NCBI GenBank assembly: GCA_963422205.2
Contig: CAXMWX010000007.1
Location: 64,001 to 128,000, forward strand
Direction: 5' to 3'
Length of the DNA stretch: 64,000 bases
Source: Gammaproteobacteria bacterium
GTDB lineage: Bacteria; Pseudomonadota; Gammaproteobacteria; Eutrophobiales; Eutrophobiaceae
The notes beneath the pieces were generated by a model, which saw nothing but the letters and a program-made list of their open reading frames with translations, had not been told where the DNA came from and did not search any database. Below, piece by piece: positions 1 to 10,491 of this stretch (positions are counted from its first letter, which is position 1; every line of letters starts with the position of its first letter). Made by a program: the position numbers and the translations under genes.

Positions 1-141
1 GCCAGGGACTAAGGCGGGGTCATGCCGGGCGTGATCAAGGCTGATGCCAGACCGTCCACCCGCATGACAAACCTGGCCTGATTGGCTATCATCATGCCCG
101 CAGCCACGCTTGCCTGCTTTACCTCACAGAACAGTTGCTAC

Positions 142-672
142 ATGCCAGAGAGTCAGATACCCATCATCGGTTTTGCCGCCTGGAGTGGTACCGGCAAAAC
201 TACTTTGCTGATCCATCTGATCAGGATTTTTACATGCCGGCAATTACAGGTAGCGGTCATCAAACATGCCCACCACACCTTTGAGATAGATTACCCCGGC
301 AAAGACAGTTACGAATTACGCAAGGCCGGTGCCAGCCAGGTCTTGATTGGCTCACGCCAGCGCTGGGCATTGATGGTGGAGAACCCGCAAGATGAGTCAC
401 CGACCCTGGCTGACCTGGTTGGCCGGCTGACACCGGGGAAGCTGGACGTGATCTTGGTGGAGGGGTTTAAGCCTGAAGCCATCCCCAAGATTGAACTGCA
501 CCGGCCGGGTCTGGGCAGACCGCTGCTGTTTCCCGAAGATGACAGTATAATAGCCATCGCCAGCGACAAGCCGCTGGATACGCACACCACGCTGCCCATG
601 CTGGACTTGAACCAGGCAGGCGATATTGCAGAATTTATTATCAGCCGGTTTTTAACCGAAGACGCCCAATGA
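142..672 (+). CDS. mobB: Molybdopterin-guanine dinucleotide biosynthesis protein B
   Basis: IIGFAAWSGTGKTTL P-loop, IKHAHH, PGKDS and LVEGFK motifs; directly upstream of moeA; ATG at 142 preferred over the ORF-track start at 82. Confidence 0.93.
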   Translation: MPESQIPIIGFAAWSGTGKTTLLIHLIRIFTCRQLQVAVIKHAHHTFEIDYPGKDSYELRKAGASQVLIGSRQRWALMVENPQDESPTLADLVGRLTPGKLDVILVEGFKPEAIPKIELHRPGLGRPLLFPEDDSIIAIASDKPLDTHTTLPMLDLNQAGDIAEFIISRFLTEDAQ

Positions 673-673
673 G

Positions 674-1958
674 ATGATGACGGATTTACCTATCAAGAAA
701 GACCCTGCTTGTCGGGATGAGCATGATCCAGCTTCCCTGCTGCCGGCGCTTGCGCTGGGCCCGGATCAAGCAGGCGATCACGGCCATCACCGGCATAGAA
801 AAATTACCCCTGCGTGATGCCTTGAACCGGATCGTTGCAGCGGATGTCCATTCGACCATGAACGTCCCGTCAGGCACGAACTCGGCGATGGATGGCTATG
901 CCGTCAACAGTGCCGACATTCCCCCAACTGGCGTGAACACCTTGCCGCTGGTTGGCACCTCATGGGCGGGTAGGCCGTTTGCAGGCAAGGTTCCCCGGGG
1001 CAGTTGCGTACGCATCATGACCGGTGGTCTCCTGCCCGAGGCGACAGACACCGTGATCATCCAGGAAGATGTGCAAAGGGAAGCGGAGCAGATAACGATT
1101 GATAACAGCACCCGGGCGGGCGATAACGTCAGACAGGCAGGGGAAGATATTGCCATTGGTGATTTGATACTGGCCCGGGGGCGGCGGTTAAACCCGGCCG
1201 ACATCGGCCTGATGGCCTCACTAGGCATGGCCGAAGTCACGGTGTACAGACAGGTACGGGTGGCTTTTTTCTCCACCGGGGATGAGCTGCGAAGCCTTGG
1301 TGAGCAACTGGGCGAGCGACTGGATGAGGGCGCTGTGTATGACAGCAATCGCTATACGCTGCATGCCATGTTGAAGCGATTGGGCGTTGAGATCATCGAC
1401 ATGGGTGTCGTCCGTGATGTACGCCAGGAAGTAGAAGATGCGTTTGTCATGGCCGCCAGGAATGCGGATGTGATCATCACCTCCGGCGGTGTCTCTGTGG
1501 GTGAGGCTGATTTTGTAAAAGCAGCATTGGATAAGGTCGGTACGGTGAATTTCTGGAAAGTCGCCATGAAGCCGGGGCGACCGCTGGCCTTCGGCACAGT
1601 AAAGCAGGCGTTATTTTTTGGCTTGCCCGGCAACCCGGTGTCGGTCATGGTGACCTTCTATCAATTCGTACAGCCGGCCTTGCGGGTGCTGATGGGCGAG
1701 GCCGAGGATGACAGCATGACGGTCAAGGTGCGCTGTGGTTCGGTCTTGAAAAAACGGCCGGGGCGGGTGGAATACCAGCGCGGCATCTTGAGCAGAGATG
1801 AACAGGGCGAGCCGGTGGTGGTCAAATCCGGCGCCCAGGGCTCGGGGGTTTTAAGCTCTATGTCGAGGGCCAACTGTTTTATTATCTTACCTGTCGACTC
1901 TGACGGGGCAGCGCCCGGCGATACGGTGGATGTGCAGCCGTTTCATGGCCTTGTCTGA
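674..1958 (+). CDS. moeA: Molybdopterin molybdotransferase MoeA (apparent +1 frameshift near 757-760)
   Basis: NSAMDGYAV, RIMTGG, FSTGDEL, SGGVSVG, MKPGRP, GLPGNPVS; natural-looking N-terminus MTDLPIKKDPACRDEHDPASLLP starts at 674/677 in another frame and joins ARIKQ if one G is removed. Confidence 0.92.
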
Positions 1959-2007
1959 GCCGCTGACGATGATGGCAGGTGGCGATAGTCCTTCAAGGAA
2001 GGCGGCA

Positions 2008-2838
2008 ATGAACGCCGTGATGAATGGGGTTGCCAGGCCGCCTTTGAAGTGGGCGGGTGGCAAACGCTGGCTGCTGCCATATCTGCGCCCTGTCTGGGAT
2101 CAGTATCAGGATCACCGGCTGGTTGAGCCGTTATGTGGCGGCTTGTCTGTGGCGCTTGGCCTGTCGCCCCAAAAGGCGTTGTTAAATGATATCAATCCCC
2201 ATGTCGTCAATTTTTATCAATGGCTGCAAGCCGGGTTTAAGATAAAAATAAAAATGCAAAACGATTCTGATCTTTATTATGCCCATCGACAACGGTTTAA
2301 CACGCTGATTGCAAAGGGAAGCGCAGAGACAAAGACGGCAGCGGCCTTGTTTTATTATCTAAATCGCACCGGCTACAATGGCCTGTGTCGCTTTAATCAA
2401 CATGGCGAATTTAATGTTCCCTTCGGCAGCTATGCGAAAATCACCTACAGGCGGGATTTTACCGACTATCAATCCGCCCTGGCCGGCTGGCGATTCACTT
2501 GCAGGGATTTTGCTGAAATCAGGCTGGGCAAGAAAGATTTTATCTATGCTGATCCGCCCTATGATGTCGAGTTTACCGCATATACAAAAACAGGTTTTCG
2601 TTGGGATGACCAGCAGCGCCTGACAGCCTGGCTTGTGCGCCATGAGGGGCCGGTCGTGTTATCAAATCAGGCGACAAAACGCGTGCTGCAACTCTATGAG
2701 GAGTCCGGTTTTACCTGCCAGATTGTCGATGCGCCACGGCGAATCAGCTGTACAGGCGACAGAACGCCAGCGAAAGAGGTGATTGCCACCAGGAATATAG
2801 CTGCCTGGAAATACCCAAACGGGCAACTCACCCACTGA
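2008..2838 (+). CDS. Dam-family (D12 class) DNA adenine methyltransferase, orphan
   Basis: PPLKWAGGK, LNDIN, YNGLCRFN..GEFNVPFG and catalytic DPPY motifs. Confidence 0.9.
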   Translation: MNAVMNGVARPPLKWAGGKRWLLPYLRPVWDQYQDHRLVEPLCGGLSVALGLSPQKALLNDINPHVVNFYQWLQAGFKIKIKMQNDSDLYYAHRQRFNTLIAKGSAETKTAAALFYYLNRTGYNGLCRFNQHGEFNVPFGSYAKITYRRDFTDYQSALAGWRFTCRDFAEIRLGKKDFIYADPPYDVEFTAYTKTGFRWDDQQRLTAWLVRHEGPVVLSNQATKRVLQLYEESGFTCQIVDAPRRISCTGDRTPAKEVIATRNIAAWKYPNGQLTH

Positions 2839-2878
2839 TCACAGCCTGTCCGCACCTGCCGTTTAAGCACGTGATTGC

Positions 2879-3808
2879 TTACAGCCTTATCTGCATCCCA
2901 TCGTAAGCGACCTCCCAGCCTGCCGCTTCTGCCGTTTTTCTCTCTTCACTGTCAGCGAGCAAGATCGGGTTGGTGGTGTTGATATGGATAAAGATTTTGC
3001 GCTTGATGTTGAGTTTGCTGAAGGCATTCAAGGTGCCATCTTCGCCCGACACACTCATGTGTCCCATGCGCTTGCCGGTCTTCACGCCCACGTTCTCACG
3101 AATCATCTCATCATCCACCCATAAGGTGCCATCAAACAAGATCAGATCAGCACCGTCAATCTGCCCTGCCAGAGCAGGCGGCATATCGGCGCAGGCGGGC
3201 ATATAATAAAACGATTTTCCCGTGTTTTTATCCAGCACATACAGGGCGATCGTGTCCTCATCCGCCGAGCCAAAGTTCGCCCCTTTGGATTCATCTTCCA
3301 GCCACAGCGCCACCTTGCCTGGTACAGCAAACGGCCTTATCTGCATACCACTGACATCGCCGGCGGGCGTTTGCAAGTCGACAGTCTCATCCAGGCGCAT
3401 GGCGTGACGCTGGACAAACTCAGGATTCAGCACATTAAAAATGCTGTTAGCCGCAAGCACGCCCAGCACACGTTCAGTTGCATACAGATTCAGTGGCTGT
3501 GATTCACGTAAATTCAGCAATCCGGCAACATGATCAACATCGGCGTTGGTCAGCACCACCCCCATGATGGGACTGTGCCTGAGATCCTTTTTCGGATGTA
3601 GAATTGCATTGTCGTTGATCTGCTGGCGCAAATCCGGGGAGGCATTACACAAAAACCACGCCTGCCCATCGGCACTGACTGCAATAGAGGATTGCGTGCG
3701 CTGGGGGGCGGCCGGATCACCTTGCCGTGCCCGGCGGCTGTTGGGATGATTGCAGTTCCATTGCGGATAACCACCGCCTGCCGCTGCGCCTAATATGCGT
3801 ATGTGCAT
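2879..3808 (-). CDS. pqqB: PQQ biosynthesis protein B
   Basis: ILGAAAGGGYPQWNCN, RTQSSIAVS, NASPDLRQQI, RMGHMS, IHINTTNPIL, GWEVAYDGM. Confidence 0.96.
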   Translation of the reverse strand: MHIRILGAAAGGGYPQWNCNHPNSRRARQGDPAAPQRTQSSIAVSADGQAWFLCNASPDLRQQINDNAILHPKKDLRHSPIMGVVLTNADVDHVAGLLNLRESQPLNLYATERVLGVLAANSIFNVLNPEFVQRHAMRLDETVDLQTPAGDVSGMQIRPFAVPGKVALWLEDESKGANFGSADEDTIALYVLDKNTGKSFYYMPACADMPPALAGQIDGADLILFDGTLWVDDEMIRENVGVKTGKRMGHMSVSGEDGTLNAFSKLNIKRKIFIHINTTNPILLADSEERKTAEAAGWEVAYDGMQIRL

Positions 3809-3811
3809 GGA

Positions 3812-4280
3812 TTATCTCCGCTGATTTTGATAACGATTATTTTCATAACCGGAGGTATTGCATTCAACCCAGCGCTCGCCATCTTCGCCCTGCTCTTTTT
3901 TCCAAAATGGCGCTTCTTGTTTCAGCGCTTCAATAATAAACCGACAGGCATCCAGCGCATCCCCCCCGATGTCCCGCCCAGATAGCCACCAGCACAATCG
4001 CATCGGCGATGTCGATCTGCCCTGTCCTGTGCAACACCAGGCCATCCAGCAAGGCCCATTTTTCACTGGCCTGCTTGCCAATCTGTGATAGGTATCTCTC
4101 CGTCATGCCCGGATAGTGTTCCAGAAACAGAGAGGCAATGTGCGTATCTGCATTAAAGTCGCGCATGGTGCCGATAAAAATCCCCGTTGCCCCATACCTT
4201 CCCGGCAGCAACTGACTGTCCTGATACGCCTTGAGCTCGGCCAAGGGATCAAAGCATTCAGCTCTTAACTCGGTGTGCAT
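3812..4280 (-). CDS. moaE: Molybdopterin synthase catalytic subunit (frameshift at the C7 run 3961-3967)
   Basis: FIGTMRD, LEHYPGMT and LVLHRTG in ORF 3930..4280; DALDACRFIIEALKQEAPFWKKE continues in ORF 3812..4081. Confidence 0.9.
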
Positions 4281-4286
4281 GGTGAA

Positions 4287-4520
4287 TCATCCACCCGTGA
4301 CGGGCGGGAAAAATGCCACCTCATCGCCGTCATTGATTTGCGGATTACCCTTGACATGTTCCATATTGACCGCCGCCAGCACGCCTTCCGGCATGGCATC
4401 ACCGGCTGACAGGGCGCACCAGATATCGGCCACGGTCAAGCCAGGCGCATAATCCACGCTGTCATCCGCACGACCAAACTCTTCACGCAGAGACGCAAAA
4501 AACTTCACTTTAACCGCCAT
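4287..4520 (-). CDS. moaD: Molybdopterin synthase sulfur carrier subunit
   Basis: VKFFASLRE, AAVN, DGDEVAFFPPVTGG with C-terminal diglycine. Confidence 0.95.
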   Translation of the reverse strand: MAVKVKFFASLREEFGRADDSVDYAPGLTVADIWCALSAGDAMPEGVLAAVNMEHVKGNPQINDGDEVAFFPPVTGG

Positions 4521-4751
4521 GGTAAAACCTGTATTTTATCTTGTTTCGGGATGACGTATTATAGCTTTATCTGTTGCGGCAGGACAGCCTGTGTATGAAT
4601 CCACCACATACTGCACATTTTATTGTACTTGATCCTGTACTGCACGGGGATGTGTCATCCTGGGGGATACAGGACGACGACAGGGAGGTAGGAGGCAGAA
4701 AACGTCGGGAACAGGTTTTCGAGCGACTGTAAGGGTCTGCCATGTCGTCCC

Positions 4752-4942
4752 CGTCATCCTGAAGGAGTGCAACGACTGAAGGATCTATCATGTAGAGGCA
4801 TAGATTCTTCGTCACTGCGCTCCTCAGAATGACGTGCTACTGTCATCTTGGCTCCCGCACCCTCTCCGTCATCCTGAGCGCAGCGAAGGATCTATCGTGA
4901 TAGTGGCATGGATTCTTCGCTACCGCTCAGAATGACGGAGAG
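4752..4942. repeat. Two REP-like long palindromes (GTCATCCTGA...GAAGGATCT / GATTCTTCG...TCAGAATGAC)
   Basis: Copies at about 4752-4834 and 4862-4942, each an inverted repeat with related arms, between divergent moaD and moaC. Confidence 0.8.
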
Positions 4943-5025
4943 AGGCAGCATGGCGGGGTGATAGGGCACTCGCTTTTAGCCTCCATTAAGTGCAATATGT
5001 TTCTGAACTTATACAGCCTGTTACG

Positions 5026-5523
5026 ATGACAAAACTGACCCATTTCAACCAGCAGGGCGAGGCGCAGATGGTCAATGTGGCCGGTAAGGCCAGCACTCAC
5101 CGGGTCGCCATCGCCACCGGCCACATCACCATGCAGCCAGCGACCTTGCGGTTAATCACCGAGGGTAAGCATAAAAAAGGCGATGTGCTGGGCGTTGCAC
5201 GCATTGCTGGCATGATGGCGGCCAAGAGAACCGCCGATCTCATCCCCCTGTGTCATCCGCTGGCATTAAGCCATGTCGATATTCAACTGGATTGCGATCC
5301 AGAAGCCCATGCCGTGCGCTGCACCGTTCGGGTGGAGACGCAAGGGCAGACCGGCGTGGAAATGGAGGCGCTGACTGCGGTGCAACTGAGCCTGCTGACC
5401 ATCTACGATATGTGCAAGGCCGTTGACCGCAGCATGACCATGGAGGCCATTCAGCTATGTCACAAGTCCGGTGGCAAGTCCGGCACCTGGAACCGGGCGG
5501 CTGAACAAGAAAGCACCGGGTAA
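5026..5523 (+). CDS. moaC: Cyclic pyranopterin monophosphate synthase
   Basis: [55 protein letters not shown]. Confidence 0.96.
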   Translation: MTKLTHFNQQGEAQMVNVAGKASTHRVAIATGHITMQPATLRLITEGKHKKGDVLGVARIAGMMAAKRTADLIPLCHPLALSHVDIQLDCDPEAHAVRCTVRVETQGQTGVEMEALTAVQLSLLTIYDMCKAVDRSMTMEAIQLCHKSGGKSGTWNRAAEQESTG

Positions 5524-5525
5524 CG

Positions 5526-5711
<186 letters not shown>

Positions 5712-5864
5712 AACTGCACATTGCAAATCATCACACAGCGGCTAAGGCACCTGGCGCATCGCCTTCGGGTGGCCTTTGTTCTCAAGATGCCGCTGATCAG
5801 AGAGTCACGGTTACCCGGCAGTCGGTCGGAGCCTCAAGTGCGGCCTGTCGAACGAAGCGTGGTC

Positions 5865-6842
5865 ATGAAGAGAAAATCGCCAGACTCATCTGAGGGCGAA
5901 AGAGGATTCTGTGTTTTCCGAAATCGATGAGGGGTTGGATTCGGCTCACAGATAAACAACCTTCTGTATTTTTTGTATTATTGCAAAATCAACAAGTTAA
6001 AACTTTACCTTGCAAGGCGAGAACTTATTGGATCGTATGAGATGTTGGCAAGGTTGATATTTTGGCTTGCAAGACAAAGATTTATTGGATCCTATGACTG
6101 GTTGAGAATATTGAGAATAAAGTCGTTAGCGTGGGACTTTTATTTCCCTTACATGAACAGGTACAGCAATTTCTGTCACGATGGCTTGAGTGCAAATTCG
6201 CATCATGATCCAAGTTTTCTGACCGAGAAATATTTTAAGGAGGATCTTCAAAATGTACGCGAATTCTGCTTTGCCAGGCGGGCAGAAAATACAGGCGAAT
6301 TCCATCGCCAAATTGCCGACATATTGCAAGAATTCTGGCAATTTAGCCCTGCAATTTCCAGGGAAGTGGAGAGAAAAATAATCAATTTTAAGAATAAACT
6401 GGGTGGCGAGCCATACATCGCAATACATGTCCGGCGGGGAGATAAACTGAGAGAGGATGACCGGCTGTATGAGATAGAAGAATACATATCAATTTTAACG
6501 GATCACAACAAACACAAGAAAATTCGAAATGTATTTGTTTTAACCGATGATTTCAGGGCCTACAGCCAACTGAAGGAGGCATTAGCCGATGCCTTCGTCT
6601 TTTCTTTTGTGACCAAACAGCAACGGGGGTATGATGAATCAGTCCATGATTTTTATCCTCTCGCAGAGAAACACAAAAGACTGGTGGATTTTCTGGTTGA
6701 CATAGAAATTGCCAGACATTCTGATTTTTTTATAGGCAGTTTCACCTCAAACCTATTCAGGCTTGTATGCTACTTTAAGCGGGGCAATGACTGCTTTGAT
6801 CTATCTGGCGACTTTGCCAATCCTGGAAAAAATGCCCCCTAA
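5865..6842 (+). CDS. Alpha-1,6-fucosyltransferase-like (NodZ/FUT8, GT23-like) protein, in-frame TGA at 5928-5930
   Basis: YIAIHVRRGDK donor-binding motif, VFVLTDD, DIEIARHSDFFIGSFTSN; GFGSQINNLLY lies in frame between the TGA and the ORF-track start at 5973; AT-rich. Confidence 0.7.
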
Positions 6843-7157
6843 AAAAGTGGTTATAAACATGCCGCCCTTGAGCAAAGCAAGTCCCCTCTGATTAGAGGCA
6901 GCCAAAGGCTTATGGGATAGAAAAGAGGCACAAAGGCCGCCGGATGCAGGACAAGCCCTTCAGGATAGCGATCGTACCGGTAGACACCTGGCCGATGAGA
7001 TGAATACCGGCGTTTCCTAACATCAAGCAATGTGCCCGGGATTTGGAACATAGCGGGATGGCAGACATTGACATCCCTATCCTCATTTTATGGCCTTATC
7101 CCGGGCATTGACGCCTGAGTTAAGCAGCAGCCGAAGCGTTCACGAACTAGCGTCAGT

Positions 7158-7538
7158 TCAATCATATTTGATATAGGTAAACCTCGGATCGGTCGGCGTT
7201 CCTTCTAAAGCATTGTTATCATCTACCCCCGGCTGCCACATCACCACCTCTTCAATCTGCTTTGCCAGGGCAAAATCTTTGGCGGTCACGCCCTTGGCGG
7301 CATGGGTCATCAACTTGACGATGACAAAGGCATAAGAGGCGGTTAAATCCGGGTGGTGCCAGGCCGCCTCTGCCAGATGCCCGACGGTATTGATCACCAT
7401 CAAGGTTCCCTTCCAGCCACTGGTCTTGTATCGTCGCCGTATCCAGCCGTCTTCGTAGTACCACGCTGGCAACTCCCGTTGCAGCTTATCGGTGATCTCC
7501 TCTTCCGTATACGTACTCTCATCTTGCGACTGTGTCAT
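7158..7538 (-). CDS. Pterin-4-alpha-carbinolamine dehydratase family protein (C1-cluster type)
   Basis: HLAEAAWHHPDL, LMTHAAKGVTAKDFALA. Confidence 0.88.
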   Translation of the reverse strand: MTQSQDESTYTEEEITDKLQRELPAWYYEDGWIRRRYKTSGWKGTLMVINTVGHLAEAAWHHPDLTASYAFVIVKLMTHAAKGVTAKDFALAKQIEEVVMWQPGVDDNNALEGTPTDPRFTYIKYD

Positions 7539-8244
7539 AGCATCTCTCCTCATCTTCGGTGTTGGTTTGTTTTGCAAATAACCGCTTCAATGTGAGCATC
7601 GCCGCCGCATCCAGCGATGCCACCCTGTCATGCTGCCTGCACAAGGCGCCCCGAAAGCCGAGATAGTCGGCTTGCAGCGGCAATAAGGCCGGCACATCTG
7701 CATGGCGCAGCGAACCGGCCAGGCCACAGAGCAACCCCGCCTCTTTGGCAGCACCGATGAACGCCACCAGGGCGCCTTGATCAAGACGTTGCCGGAGTGA
7801 ACCGGCGGCTTTGTCGGCGGTATCCAGCATCACGCCTTTGATGCCGGCGGCGGCGAGCAATGTACTATCGGGCATCATTCCCGCATGTTCGGCAAAAAAG
7901 ACCAGCACGAGGGACGCCCCCCGTGCGGTACAGCGGCCAAGTACGTTCAGGAACGGCGGCGTTACGGATACGCCGAATACCCCTGCCTTGACATAATCAA
8001 CGCCTGTGCTGTGCGTGGCCATGATGCGTTGTTCCATGTCCGGGCTGTGCATGGGAATATCGCCCGTGGTGGCGCTCACGACTACCCTGCCCGCCATGCA
8101 GTCGACTATTCTGGCGATCTCCTCGATAGCCAATGCGCCTAACACGCCCGTGGCCGGTTCTTTCACATCAACAATATCAGCACCAGCCCGCAGCGCCAGC
8201 CTGGCCTCAGCCAGGTTACGCACGCTAACCAGCATACCCGTCAT
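7519..8244 (-). CDS. (5-formylfuran-3-yl)methyl phosphate synthase (MfnB/Orf22, DUF556)
   Basis: MLVSVRNLAEA, GADIVDVKEP..G.LGA, VSATTGD, GVMLDTADK, GLAGSL, YLGFRGALC. Confidence 0.85.
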   Translation of the reverse strand: MTGMLVSVRNLAEARLALRAGADIVDVKEPATGVLGALAIEEIARIVDCMAGRVVVSATTGDIPMHSPDMEQRIMATHSTGVDYVKAGVFGVSVTPPFLNVLGRCTARGASLVLVFFAEHAGMMPDSTLLAAAGIKGVMLDTADKAAGSLRQRLDQGALVAFIGAAKEAGLLCGLAGSLRHADVPALLPLQADYLGFRGALCRQHDRVASLDAAAMLTLKRLFAKQTNTEDEERCYDTVAR

Positions 8245-8813
8245 GGGGTGTGCTGCCCATCGCTGGCATAGTAATCGGCCACGACTTCCTGCAACCACTG
8301 CCAGGCTTGCCGTTCTTTTTCACCGGCGGTTTTCTCTATGGCGATGGTCAGGTAGCGCAACTCCGCATCCACCTTATCCGGTGGCAGCCGGTCCAGCCGG
8401 CTCACCAGAATAGCCGCCTCCACCACCGCCGCCTGCGCCCGATTAAACCCCCGGAAACCGCCATGCCGCTGCTCGTATACCACAGCACAATGAAAACGCG
8501 GCCGCTGTACATCCTCTTCTATCTGCTCAACCCTGACCTCCACATGCGACAAGGCATCGGCCAGCATCTGTCCGGCGATGTGTGCCGCGGGCCGTAACGG
8601 CCAGTCGTATCGGCCGCTGAGACAACCGGCGATAATCCGCACATCATCGGTCATGTTGATCACGGCCTCGCCACAACGTTGCAGGTTCGCCAGGGTAACT
8701 GACGGCTTGAATGGGGCAATAACATAATATTGATCCTGCAAGCGGATCCCCATCGGGGCGATATGGCAACTCGCATCGTCGTTTAAGGTGGTGATCACGG
8801 TCTCGAAAATCAT
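8241..8813 (-). CDS. DUF447 family protein (Orf19 of H4MPT-linked C1 clusters)
   Basis: MIFETVITT, HIAPMG, APFKPSVTLANL, GFNRAQAAVVEAAILVSRL, IAIEKTAG. Confidence 0.85.
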   Translation of the reverse strand: MIFETVITTLNDDASCHIAPMGIRLQDQYYVIAPFKPSVTLANLQRCGEAVINMTDDVRIIAGCLSGRYDWPLRPAAHIAGQMLADALSHVEVRVEQIEEDVQRPRFHCAVVYEQRHGGFRGFNRAQAAVVEAAILVSRLDRLPPDKVDAELRYLTIAIEKTAGEKERQAWQWLQEVVADYYASDGQHTP

Positions 8814-10249
8814 GGCTTCTGCTGCCGGGTGCTGCCCGGTTTTTGGTACTCCTCTGCCAGCATAAACTGCTTTCTCAAGGTGTGTGCCGCCTTGCCAGAT
8901 TCAGTCGCCTGTTTTGGCACATCGGCGATCACCCCCCACGCCAGCTCCTCATCCTGCACATAACGTTTACCCAGCCGCAGCGCCACCTCGGCACGCGCCA
9001 GTTCAACCCCCATATAAAACGCATGGGCGGCATCATCCTGCAACAAGGCCAGCCGGGGGAAGAAGCTGAAGGCATCCTGGGCGGTCACCATGCCATCCCG
9101 GTTAAATACGTGGATTCCCGAATCTGAGACTTCAATCCGGTAGCTCGGATCACGAATCTGTGCGGCCAACTCCCTGATCTCATCCTCATCATAGGGAAAC
9201 GGCTTGCGCTCATGCCCTGCCAATAATGAACGATCTATGCCCTTGGGTAAACCGTCATTTTCCCTGGCGGCGAACATGATGCGGCGGGCCAGATCCGCCT
9301 CCCGTACCGCCGTGCGTGCATGGGGGCTGACGGCTGTTGTCAACACGTTCCTTATCCCCAACTCGGAAATGATGCCAAACAGCACGGCATTGATGCCGGT
9401 GGTATCGGCCTCGGTCAGCTCGGTCAGATTACCCACCCCCATCATCACCTCGATGTCCGGGTAGCGGGCGCAAAGCTCGGCATAACGTTGCAGGGATGCG
9501 GTAAAACCAAAATGCACGGGATCGAGGATGCTGTCAGCAATAAATGCCTGGCCCTGTGCCAGGAAACGCTCAATCAAGGCATACAATGATGCCATGTCTG
9601 TGTGGTCTTGTGGGATCACGATTGGGATGGCGTCCACCTCAGCGGCGATCCAGGCATTGCCCGGTTTCAGGCTCAACAGGTAATCTGCGCCCGCCCTGCC
9701 GGCGCGCAGCAAATCATCATCCTCCAGCGAATCAACGCTCACGCTAAAGCCCGCTTCTTTCAAGGCCATCACGCTCTCCTCCAGGTGTGGGAAAGCGGTA
9801 TCCGGCAGGCAACCCAGATCAATCACATCGGCCCCATCGGCCTGATAGGTACGGGCACGCTCGATGATCGCCGTCACATCCAGCATGGGCGCATCGACAA
9901 TCTCGGCGAACAGACGCACATCGTGCTTGTCCAGTGATAATGGCGCCGGCTGCTCGCCAAACAACACCGGCAAGTCCTTCACATCCACCGTGCCACGGAT
10001 AACAGGCCGCCCCAGCACCTCGGCCAGTTCCTGCAAGTTGCCCCGGCACAAGCCCGGCACGATCACTTTATCCACCCCATCGAGTGCCGACAGGCGGCGC
10101 TTTAACATCTGTGCGGTCATCAGTGCCGCTACGCTGACACCAATATTGCGGACTTCATAACTGAAATCACAGGGCTGCATCCCGGCAAGCACGTTATGCA
10201 GGCGCTTCTCGGCGAGCTTGCCAGTCACAAACAGGATGTGTTCGGTCAT
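8810..10249 (-). CDS. Dihydropteroate-synthase-related protein (Orf20/DUF6513), methanopterin biosynthesis
   Basis: ILFVTGKLAE, VAALMT, GADVIDLGCLP, MGVGNLTELTEADTTG, HAFYMGVELARAE, LGKRYVQDE. Confidence 0.85.
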   Translation of the reverse strand: MTEHILFVTGKLAEKRLHNVLAGMQPCDFSYEVRNIGVSVAALMTAQMLKRRLSALDGVDKVIVPGLCRGNLQELAEVLGRPVIRGTVDVKDLPVLFGEQPAPLSLDKHDVRLFAEIVDAPMLDVTAIIERARTYQADGADVIDLGCLPDTAFPHLEESVMALKEAGFSVSVDSLEDDDLLRAGRAGADYLLSLKPGNAWIAAEVDAIPIVIPQDHTDMASLYALIERFLAQGQAFIADSILDPVHFGFTASLQRYAELCARYPDIEVMMGVGNLTELTEADTTGINAVLFGIISELGIRNVLTTAVSPHARTAVREADLARRIMFAARENDGLPKGIDRSLLAGHERKPFPYDEDEIRELAAQIRDPSYRIEVSDSGIHVFNRDGMVTAQDAFSFFPRLALLQDDAAHAFYMGVELARAEVALRLGKRYVQDEELAWGVIADVPKQATESGKAAHTLRKQFMLAEEYQKPGSTRQQKP

Positions 10250-10420
10250 GATGGTCTCATCTGCTGCCTGATTTCTCTTCAAACTTGGTTCATAATAACC
10301 AGCTATCGGCGCACACATCCCCTGATTTTATCCGCATACCGGCATGAACGATATGGATATCCACGTTTAATTTATTGATTTATAAACGGTATAATGATTG
10401 ATGATGATCCTTTGATGCCC

Positions 10421-10436
10421 TGGCACAGTTTTCGCT
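10421..10436 (+). promoter_or_regulatory. Putative sigma-54 -24/-12 promoter of pqqCDE
   Basis: TGGCACAGTTTTCGCT has GG-N10-GC spacing, 55 nt upstream of the pqqC start. Confidence 0.6.
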
Positions 10437-10491
10437 GTCAATTAGCTGATGATCTCCAAACAGGCGCTGTCACTCACATACGAAAAACCCC

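Noticed and set aside
7105-7157. TGACGCCTGAGTTAAGCAGCAGCCG resembles the left half of an integron attC site
   Set aside because: No matching right arm or GTTRRRY box, and no integrase in the window
10320-10491. Possible pqqA upstream of pqqC
   Set aside because: No short ORF with the ExxxY core was found by eye
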